From a virus (Duplodnaviria; Caudoviricetes), in IMG/VR virus record IMGVR_UViG_3300030330_004845, positions 1 through 33,413 of that record: a DNA stretch of 33,413 bases. One strand, given 5' to 3'. Positions 8,739 through 16,089 of the stretch are shown piece after piece. Position 1 is the stretch's first letter. Each line of letters starts with the position of its first letter. The position numbers were made by a program, and so were the translations under genes. Below the pieces are notes generated by a model. The model saw only the letters and a program-made list of their open reading frames with translations. It searched no databases and was not told the origin of the DNA.

Positions 8739-9811
8739 CCCCGCTCAAGTTCCACTACCCCAAGGAAGTCGGCCTCTTCAGGAAGGTTGTCCGCTCGGAG
8801 TCCGAGTTGGAAAAATACTGGCGCGCGCTTGAAAACTCACAATGTGCGTTCATGAGCGTCTACGGCTTCCGCGGTTTGCAGCCAAACGAACGGCGCGCGG
8901 AATACAACACCGCCATCATCCGCCACTTCGTGCTCGACTTCGACAAGAAATACCGCAAGGGCAGCAGCATGGTGGAGGTCGAGGGCGACGAGGTCGTCGA
9001 CCAAGTGCGCCGCCTCCATCAGTTCCTCCTCGACGCCGACATCAACCACGGCGTGTGGTTCAGCGGCAACGGCTTCCACATTTGGGTCAGCCTCGACAAG
9101 ACCTACCTTGCGTCGAGCGGTTGGCATGCCTCGCAGATTCGTGCTGCGGGAAAGAGCATCATCAACGAGTGGAAGAAGGACATGGAACTCTACTGCATGG
9201 ACCCAACGGTCCCCTTCGACTTGGCTCGCGTCATCCGTATCCCCAACTCGTATAATGCGAAGCAGCACGTCCTCCGGTGGAGCATCCCGCTCAACACCGA
9301 GGAACTGATGACCATGTCGTGGGACGAAATCTGCGACATGGCTGAAACGGCACGCAACACCGCGTTCATCTATGGTGAGAAGGGCGTCGTCCTTGAGGTC
9401 AAGAAGATGCGCGAGCGTCGTTTCAAGGCCACCGGCGACCCCGTCGAGTTCGACACGGTCAAGATGGGCAGCATCAAGATTCTACCCTGCCTGATGGAAG
9501 CGGCGTGTGTGGTCGGCAGCAACCCACCTCATATCGGACGAGTGAGCCTCGCCATCTACTTGGCGTCGCGCCTACGCAACTTCCTACCTGTCGAACGAAC
9601 GACTGTAGAGATGCGTGAGAAGCACGTTCAGACTCTGTCTGAGTTCATCTCTACGCTTCAATGGGCTGATTACGACCCCGGCATCACCGAATACCAAGTG
9701 CGCTCCATCGTGGAGCGTGGATACTCCGAGCGATGCGAGTCGCTGATTGGGAAGGGTCTATGCGTGGGTCGATGCACCCTGTGGGACGGGACAGGTGTTC
9801 ACGATGAGTGA
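8735..9811 (+). CDS. Archaeo-eukaryotic primase; catalytic PriS domain fused to a PriL C-terminal Fe-S domain
   Basis: AEP motifs VLDFD, FSGNGFH and D...RVIRIPNSYN, followed by LPC...PPHIGR...L.IYL...DYD..IT.YQV...C...GLC..RC. GTG start at 8735 overlaps the upstream stop (GTGA). Confidence 0.9.
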   Translation: MTPLKFHYPKEVGLFRKVVRSESELEKYWRALENSQCAFMSVYGFRGLQPNERRAEYNTAIIRHFVLDFDKKYRKGSSMVEVEGDEVVDQVRRLHQFLLDADINHGVWFSGNGFHIWVSLDKTYLASSGWHASQIRAAGKSIINEWKKDMELYCMDPTVPFDLARVIRIPNSYNAKQHVLRWSIPLNTEELMTMSWDEICDMAETARNTAFIYGEKGVVLEVKKMRERRFKATGDPVEFDTVKMGSIKILPCLMEAACVVGSNPPHIGRVSLAIYLASRLRNFLPVERTTVEMREKHVQTLSEFISTLQWADYDPGITEYQVRSIVERGYSERCESLIGKGLCVGRCTLWDGTGVHDE

Positions 9812-10073
9812 GAAGGACTTTGCATTCCTCGCGTGGTTCGGCAGGCGCAAAGGCTCCAAGGGGGCCAACGGCATCACTCAGTCCACGAAGCCCGTGCACC
9901 TCGTTCTCAAGCGAGGGGACGGTTCTGTGAAAGAGAACGACGCTTCCCTCTGCGGAATGGTCATCGTTGGTGGCCGCGATTGGGACCTCGTCGATGAGCC
10001 ACCTGAGCGCATTTGCGCGCGCTGCCAGAAGTTCTCCAAGCGATTCGAGCATTACAGGGGGCGACGATGGTGA
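9804..10073 (+). CDS. Small zinc-finger protein (VH...LCG...CxxC)
   Basis: PVHLV...SLCG...ICARC; AGGTG SD before ATG 9804; overlaps both neighbours. Confidence 0.7.
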   Translation: MSEKDFAFLAWFGRRKGSKGANGITQSTKPVHLVLKRGDGSVKENDASLCGMVIVGGRDWDLVDEPPERICARCQKFSKRFEHYRGRRW

Positions 10074-10759
10074 AGCCGCCTCTCGTCATCGACACGAACG
10101 AACGTGGCTCCCTTGTCGCAGCCGTTGAGCGTCGGGCCAAGAGCCGTTCTCCACGAGTGGACGTCGCGCGACAGAAACTCGTCAACGGTGACTACCGCTG
10201 CGGTGACTGGCTCATCGAGGCCAAAAGCGTGGACGACCTTTTCTCCTCGATGCGAAGCGGTCACTTGATGCGCCAACTCGACAACATGGACGCCAATGAT
10301 GGGAACTACGGACTCATCATTTGGGGTGAGATTGGAGGCTACGTCGCGCGTGCTCGTGAGCGTGGCTCCAAGATTACCGCCAGTCAAGCCCTCAAGCAGA
10401 TGACCGGCTTCCTCGGTCGCGTCGTCGCCGACTTCGGGTGCCTCATCTACCGTGCCCCCAACGTGAGCGAAGCCTCAGCCTTCATGGTCGCGCTCCACGA
10501 AAAGACATTCAAGAAGGCAAGCAGACACGGCGCCCAAGCCGTGCGACGAGTGAGCACGAATGACGTGCGCGCTGACATGCTGTTGACCATCCCCGGCATT
10601 GGGCCTGAGATGGTGGACGCAATCCTCGATGCATGCGGCTCGATTGAAGAGGCCGCATGTGGTGACTGCCTGCGCGAAGTTCCCCGCATGGGGAAGGTGC
10701 TGCGCAACCGCGTCATCGACGTCCTCACGAGTGAGGATGAATACCGCGTTGAGCGGTAA
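10067..10759 (+). CDS. xpf: ERCC4/XPF-family structure-specific endonuclease with tandem HhH motifs
   Basis: VIDTNE, GDY, IEAKSVDDL (ERK-like), GHL.RQL; C-terminal IPGIG and VPRMG HhH motifs. No helicase domain. Confidence 0.9.
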   Translation: MVKPPLVIDTNERGSLVAAVERRAKSRSPRVDVARQKLVNGDYRCGDWLIEAKSVDDLFSSMRSGHLMRQLDNMDANDGNYGLIIWGEIGGYVARARERGSKITASQALKQMTGFLGRVVADFGCLIYRAPNVSEASAFMVALHEKTFKKASRHGAQAVRRVSTNDVRADMLLTIPGIGPEMVDAILDACGSIEEAACGDCLREVPRMGKVLRNRVIDVLTSEDEYRVER

Positions 10760-10772
10760 CTTTCTTCTTCTT
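10760..10772 (+). terminator. Putative archaeal-type pyrimidine-tract terminator
   Basis: CTTTCTTCTTCTT lies directly after the TAA that ends the long overlapped gene run. Confidence 0.45.
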
Positions 10773-10794
10773 AGACTCTGGTGAGAAATCAGAA

Positions 10795-10877
10795 TACGAG
10801 AAACGGTTATAGGCGTCTTGCGCCGGGAGGGAGTGTAAGCCCTCCGAAGACGACGCCGCCCCCCAAGGTGATTTAAC
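10795..10877 (+). promoter_or_regulatory. Putative promoter and leader of the helicase-exonuclease-chaperonin unit
   Basis: Purine-rich GAGAAA (BRE-like) followed by TTATA at 10807-10811; inverted repeat at 10814-10852; SD AGGTGA before ATG 10878. Confidence 0.5.
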
Positions 10878-12302
10878 ATGCCCCAACGAAACTGGAACAC
10901 ATACGCAGCCGTGCAAGAATACCCCATGCTCAAGGAATACTTGGAGCGATTCAGGACGACCTCGTTCTTCAACGAGATACCCGGCCTCATTTCGTTCTTC
11001 TACCTCCAAGGGCAGACGCTCGTGGACTACGTTCGCATCCCCGTGTGGGCGAGCGCTCTCGACCCCCGAGTCCATGTCTTTTGGATTCAACCAACGAGGT
11101 CAGGAAAGACCATCGCGTGGGAGTTCACAGGCGAAGTTGCGAAACTCGCAGGCCTACCGACCGACATGTTCACGAGCGGAACAGACAGCGCGCTCATCGG
11201 GTCCATCGACTCCATTCCTGATGGAGAAGGTGGCTACGAAATCGTGCAGAAGCCCGGTCTGCTCGCAGGCAAGAAGTGCCTGAACTTCGACGAAGGTTCA
11301 ATCCTTCTCCAAGCGAACCCCAAGCAATTCTTCTCCGAGGTCATCCTGTATCTGCAGCAAGCCATGAACAGCGTCGGCAGTCACAGCAACACGCTGACCA
11401 AACACATGAAGAACGGCAAAGTCGAGACTGAATCGCGCGTTTCCCTGTGGATTACCTCCTTCCCGCCGAGCGGGGTCAAGGAATACGTCCTGACCAAAGG
11501 GCTGTTCCAACGTGTCCTGCTCCTCTACCGTCCGTGGAGCGACGACATGCGACAGCGCGTGTCCGAGCGACGGATGGACGGTGTGTTTCAGGACAAATTG
11601 GAAGGCGTCATGTCCGTGCAGGACATCGCGGACCACTTCATCCGCCTTCGCGAAAAGACAGAAGCGCGTGTTTTGCATTTCGCAGACCTGACCCACAACG
11701 AGTGGGAAGCCTACCCACCCGAGGCGAAGGAAGAGATTGCGCGTGCTGTGATGCACGACATGTTCACCATCGACTCGTCGTTCAAGCCTCAACTGCTCGC
11801 TTCGGTGGACGAATACTACACCCTCGTCCGAGGCATGGACAAGCACCTGTCCGACGTGGTCTGTTCGTTCATCCCCAACATTCTCAACTACACCATTCTC
11901 TTCGCTACGCACCTTGCCTGCATGCGAGTGATGCGCGACGGCATCGGCGCTGATGAGGAGTGGTTGGTTACCGGCAACGACGTGGAAGCCGCGACAGAAA
12001 TCCTCTACGACATCTACGAGCAACTGGTGCTTTGGTTGGAGTCTGAGGTTGAAGTCGGCACCAAGGCCGCTCAGAAGGTCGCACGACGCGAGGAGTGGAA
12101 GAAGGCCTACGACGTGTGCAAGAAGGTCGAGGTCGAAGGGCGAGGCGACGGATGGGTGAGGAAGAACGAGATGTTCGACCGCTACGGCAGTCAACTCGGC
12201 CTCAGCCGCCCGTCCATCTACAAGCGCTTCAGCGAAACAGGCGACCTGTTCCGCAGCGCCAAGGTCGGCACCACCGCCTACGTCAAGATGAAGGAGGAGT
12301 GA
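10878..12302 (+). CDS. MCM-like AAA+ ATPase (putative replicative helicase) lacking the MCM N-terminal domain, with C-terminal HTH-like region
   Basis: [15 protein letters not shown] (Walker A), [13 protein letters not shown]...LNFDE (Walker B), LQQAM and GLFQR (Arg-finger position) occur in MCM order. C-terminal [12 protein letters not shown] is HTH-like. Confidence 0.7.
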   Translation: MPQRNWNTYAAVQEYPMLKEYLERFRTTSFFNEIPGLISFFYLQGQTLVDYVRIPVWASALDPRVHVFWIQPTRSGKTIAWEFTGEVAKLAGLPTDMFTSGTDSALIGSIDSIPDGEGGYEIVQKPGLLAGKKCLNFDEGSILLQANPKQFFSEVILYLQQAMNSVGSHSNTLTKHMKNGKVETESRVSLWITSFPPSGVKEYVLTKGLFQRVLLLYRPWSDDMRQRVSERRMDGVFQDKLEGVMSVQDIADHFIRLREKTEARVLHFADLTHNEWEAYPPEAKEEIARAVMHDMFTIDSSFKPQLLASVDEYYTLVRGMDKHLSDVVCSFIPNILNYTILFATHLACMRVMRDGIGADEEWLVTGNDVEAATEILYDIYEQLVLWLESEVEVGTKAAQKVARREEWKKAYDVCKKVEVEGRGDGWVRKNEMFDRYGSQLGLSRPSIYKRFSETGDLFRSAKVGTTAYVKMKEE

Positions 12303-12305
12303 AGC

Positions 12306-12917
12306 ATGAGCAACGACATGAAGGTCATGGCCCTCGACATTGAGACATCGAACTACTCGCATGAGATTGGAGGGTGGGGTAAGACGCACATGTTCGACCC
12401 CACCGTCGTGGCGACGTGGGACGGGGACGAAGCGCACATCTTCTCCAAGGAAGACGTCAGCGTCGAAGGTGCAACCGTGCACCCCCTCCACCCCCGCGAC
12501 CTCGGAGAGCACCTCAAGAAGCACGTTGACGCAGGCGGCATCGTCGTTGGTCACAACATCAGGGGGTTCGACCTCCCCGTTCTTCGTGACGCCCTCGACA
12601 TGCACTACGCAGGCGTTTTGCTCAACAAGCAAGACAGCATCATCGACACGTCGTGGTCGTTGCGTGAAGCAACAGGTGGCGCGCGTCACAGACTCGACAC
12701 GCTGTGCAAGCACACGCTTGGTCGCGGCAAGGAAATCATGGACTCCGCGGATGCTCCCGTAGCATGGCGCGAGGGTCGCTACGATGAGGTAGCGAAATAC
12801 TGCCTCGACGACTGCAAACTCAATTTGGACCTGTTCCTCCACGGGAGGAACGAAGGCTTCGTGAAGAGCCGGAATGAGGAAACAGGTCTGATTGAGGAAT
12901 ACAGCATTGGTTGGTGA
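12306..12917 (+). CDS. Stand-alone DEDDy 3'-5' exonuclease (DnaQ/RNase H-like fold)
   Basis: [30 protein letters not shown]; SD GGAGGAG. Confidence 0.9.
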   Translation: MSNDMKVMALDIETSNYSHEIGGWGKTHMFDPTVVATWDGDEAHIFSKEDVSVEGATVHPLHPRDLGEHLKKHVDAGGIVVGHNIRGFDLPVLRDALDMHYAGVLLNKQDSIIDTSWSLREATGGARHRLDTLCKHTLGRGKEIMDSADAPVAWREGRYDEVAKYCLDDCKLNLDLFLHGRNEGFVKSRNEETGLIEEYSIGW

Positions 12918-12921
12918 ACAC

Positions 12922-14436
12922 ATGAGTGAAGAACGCAAAACAGGAAGAGAAGCCCAAATGAGCAATATCCGCGCAGCGGTGCAGGTAGCAGAAACCGTGA
13001 GGTCGACGCTCGGTCCCGCAGGCATGGACAAGATGCTCGTTGACGAACGAGGAGACACCATCGTGACCAACGACGGTATCACGATTCTCCGTGAACTGAG
13101 CACCGGTCATCCCGGTGCGCGGATGATGGTGCAGGCAAGCCAGACGCAGGAAGAGGTCTGCAGGGACGGCACGACGAGCGTCGTGGTCCTTGCCGGTCAG
13201 ATGCTTGCCCTGAGCGAAGGCCTGCTGATGCGAGGCATCCATCCGCAAACCATCGTGCGCTCATTTACGCGCGCATCGCAACATGCTTTGGATGATGAGA
13301 ATATCCCCGGACGTTCGACAATCACTCAGGACACATTCCGTGACGTCGCAGCCACAGCCCTGCGAGGTAAGGCAAGCGAGAGCCACTTGGAGCACGCGGC
13401 AGGCCTATGCGTCGATGCCGTCAGCATGGTCGCCGGTAAGGCAGAAAACGTCCGCATCCTCACCCAAGCAGGTGAAACGATGGGTGACTCCTACATCCAT
13501 GAAGGCATCGTGCTCAACAAGACCTTCGTCAACCCTGACTACCAAGGGCATGAGAATGCCGTCGTGTTGATGCTTGATGGCGGACTTGACGGGTTCAACT
13601 ACGAAGACGTGCAGATGCAGGTCAGCGACCCTGCCCAACTCGCAGCCATCCGCGAGCAGGAAATGGAAATCCTCAGCAACGTCGCGCGACGCATCGTTGA
13701 CCTTGGCGTCAACGTGCTGATTGTTCGTGACGGCGTCCACGAGGCGGTTGCTAAGTTCCTCGACAATCACGGTGTAGGTGTGGTGAGTCGAGTGCAGCAA
13801 TCAGACATCGACGCAATTTCGCGCGTATCCGGCATTCCCATCTACCATCGAATCACCGAGGTTGCTGAAGACTTGAGCACCCACAGCCTGACTGTGATGA
13901 ACAAGCGTATTGGCGACCTCGACTACGTCGCCATCGAGTGCGAAGACAGCAGCACGGTCACGCTCGTTGTGCGCGGTGCAACCCGCCAGACCCTCGACGA
14001 ATACGAGCGTGCCTTCGACGACGCCATCGGAGTCACCGCACTCGTCTGCAACGAACTCTACATCTATCCCGGCGGCGGTGCTGTCTACTCTCGTCTGTCG
14101 CAGGTCACCCGCGAAATGGCGAAGGATACGCCCGGTCTATCGGCGCGCGAGCGCATGTGCATGGAAGCCTACGCCGACGCGCTCGAAATCATTCCTGCAG
14201 CCATTGCGAGCAACGCAGGTATGGACCCGCTTGACGTGGTCATGGAACTGCGAGCATGCCCCGAAGGGCACGGACTCTACATCAACCCCGAAGGTGAAGG
14301 AGAGGTGACTGAAACAGGGAAGCACGGCGTCTTTGAGCCTGCTTCGCTCGTCATTCAGGTGGTCAACTCAGCCACGGAAGTGGCCTGCGCCATCCTCCGC
14401 ATCGACGACATCATCGCAAGGAGAGGAGATGCCTGA
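12922..14436 (+). CDS. ths: Group II chaperonin (thermosome-like subunit)
   Basis: [59 protein letters not shown]; helical protrusion present. GGTGA SD before ATG 12922. Confidence 0.96.
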   Translation: MSEERKTGREAQMSNIRAAVQVAETVRSTLGPAGMDKMLVDERGDTIVTNDGITILRELSTGHPGARMMVQASQTQEEVCRDGTTSVVVLAGQMLALSEGLLMRGIHPQTIVRSFTRASQHALDDENIPGRSTITQDTFRDVAATALRGKASESHLEHAAGLCVDAVSMVAGKAENVRILTQAGETMGDSYIHEGIVLNKTFVNPDYQGHENAVVLMLDGGLDGFNYEDVQMQVSDPAQLAAIREQEMEILSNVARRIVDLGVNVLIVRDGVHEAVAKFLDNHGVGVVSRVQQSDIDAISRVSGIPIYHRITEVAEDLSTHSLTVMNKRIGDLDYVAIECEDSSTVTLVVRGATRQTLDEYERAFDDAIGVTALVCNELYIYPGGGAVYSRLSQVTREMAKDTPGLSARERMCMEAYADALEIIPAAIASNAGMDPLDVVMELRACPEGHGLYINPEGEGEVTETGKHGVFEPASLVIQVVNSATEVACAILRIDDIIARRGDA

Positions 14437-14573
14437 GCCTGAACGCGGTCCTCGCCGTTCTGCTGCTGCTCATCATCGTTGACGTGGTCATCGTTGTGAT
14501 GGACCGTTTCATTCGGGGCGTTGGGAATCTTCCGGTGCCGGGGTCCGAGCAGCGAACTCGTGAAGAGGAGTAG
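14433..14573 (+). CDS. Candidate 46-aa single-pass membrane protein (non-canonical CTG start)
   Basis: Reads (M/L)[49 protein letters not shown] overlaps the chaperonin stop and follows AAGGAGAGGAG. Not in the ORF track. Confidence 0.4.
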   Translation: MSLNAVLAVLLLLIIVDVVIVVMDRFIRGVGNLPVPGSEQRTREEE

Positions 14574-16089
14574 TCATACCCGCCTTGCGGGCTTGCTCCA
14601 TCATCTTCTGACGTCGCGCCTCTTTGGCTTGGGCCTCGGCCTCGGCCTCCTTACGTCGCTGCTCCATCGCCTCAAAGTCGGTCGGTGCAAAGGCGGGCTT
14701 GCCGTCGAGCGTTTGCTGCCCCTGCTGAAACAGACGCGTCTGTTCCTTGAGCATGCGGAACGACAGGTCCATCGGGTCGCCCGTAGTGAAGTAGCCTGAT
14801 TGGTCAAACGACGGCGTGTTTCGACCGTGGAAGTAAATTGGTGTAGGGCGGGGCATGTCGAAATGGTATTGGTCGGGCATATCACCTCCATAGACGATGC
14901 GTGTTGCCTCAGGCATCACTCGCGGGTCGTTGGGGTCGTTCACGTTACCGACAACCCTCATACCGTCACGGACTGTAGAACTGTGTTCTACAGGGTCGCC
15001 CACCTCGTCGAGCCTCTCAGGTGGGATTGGCCTATGGATAGCGCGACCGTAGGAGTTCGTCAACGCATTCGACGTGTTAGCGTAGCAATCGGGCACGGTG
15101 CACCCTACAGCGCCCTCGTGGGTGTGGACCTGCCTGCCTTGCTCACAAAGAGGACATTCTCGACCAATATCCACCTGCTCCCTCGCCTTCTCTGACGACA
15201 TGCGCGCAACAGGCTTACCCTCCATGTCGAACTCAACAGGGGTGGTGAGAGCGGGATGGTCATCGGGGAGGAACGTGTCGTAGCCGTCTCGTTCACTCTT
15301 CAACGTCGAGCCAACGCTCGGATGACTGCGCGCTCGATTGGTGTGTGGGTCTTCGGGCACGATGGTCCCACGCTTCGTGTGACTCATGTCCTTACCGCCT
15401 TTTCCGGCGACCCCACGCTTGCGTCGCTCGCGTTCAAGGTTGCGCCTATACCGCTTTCTTTCAGGTGAAGATTCGTATCGCGTCTCGTATTCGCGCTTGT
15501 GCCTGAGGGCTTCAGGCGACTTGGCTTCCTTTCGCACGTTGGGGTTATCCGTCGCACCCTCTTCCATCATCTTGTCCCAAAAACCGAGAGATTCGTCGAG
15601 CATGTTGGTGGGGCGCATCACGACAGGACCACCGTGATGTTGCTCCAAAACTTCCCTCAGTTCGTTTAGCCCCCGACGACCGCGCCCGCTTTGCCTACCC
15701 TTTCGTTGAACCCCGTAGTGGTCCACAAGGTAGACGTTGCTGTCTTTGACTTGACGAATACCCGCGCGCACTTGACCGTCGGGTGACTCGTAGAAATGGG
15801 TGAAATCCTCTCCAAAGATTCTCTTTCTTCCGCCCCCCAATGGGCTACCTTTCAGACGAGGGTTGTTCAAACGAGTTAACCCGAAGGGGTTTGGATTCTG
15901 CGGCGACTGAGCGATGTCTGGTGTGACGCTACGAGGCACCTCCTCCGTAGGGCCACCTTCAGAAACGCGCATGATTGCACCTTGGGGTTCAGGCATCCCC
16001 ATCTTTTGTCGGTAAGCAGCGAGCGCGGGGTCAGGCTCCTCGCGGTAGTAGAGGGGCGCCTTGAGGACGTCCCACCAATCCACCGTCAC
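14509..16089 (-). CDS. Modular protein with GNAT-like, degenerate HNH-like, Zn-ribbon and coiled-coil segments; possible internal virion protein
   Basis: RQSGRG...SLGFWDKM (aa ~90-180), GKGGKDMSH...NRAR (aa ~188-264), CPLC...CTVPDC (aa 312-335). GTG start overlaps the upstream stop. Confidence 0.7.
   Translation of the reverse strand: MTVDWWDVLKAPLYYREEPDPALAAYRQKMGMPEPQGAIMRVSEGGPTEEVPRSVTPDIAQSPQNPNPFGLTRLNNPRLKGSPLGGGRKRIFGEDFTHFYESPDGQVRAGIRQVKDSNVYLVDHYGVQRKGRQSGRGRRGLNELREVLEQHHGGPVVMRPTNMLDESLGFWDKMMEEGATDNPNVRKEAKSPEALRHKREYETRYESSPERKRYRRNLERERRKRGVAGKGGKDMSHTKRGTIVPEDPHTNRARSHPSVGSTLKSERDGYDTFLPDDHPALTTPVEFDMEGKPVARMSSEKAREQVDIGRECPLCEQGRQVHTHEGAVGCTVPDCYANTSNALTNSYGRAIHRPIPPERLDEVGDPVEHSSTVRDGMRVVGNVNDPNDPRVMPEATRIVYGGDMPDQYHFDMPRPTPIYFHGRNTPSFDQSGYFTTGDPMDLSFRMLKEQTRLFQQGQQTLDGKPAFAPTDFEAMEQRRKEAEAEAQAKEARRQKMMEQARKAGMTTPLHEFAARTPAPEDSQRPE

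Noticed and set aside
11298-13103. 601-aa antisense ORF
   Set aside because: It shadows three well-supported + strand genes and is V/L/H-rich with no motifs. Long antisense frames are expected from the strong codon bias.
14429-14482. 17-aa ATG-start ORF (MPEPERG...) after the chaperonin
   Set aside because: The ATG directly abuts the SD, the codons are atypical and the peptide has no features; the CTG frame is the better candidate.
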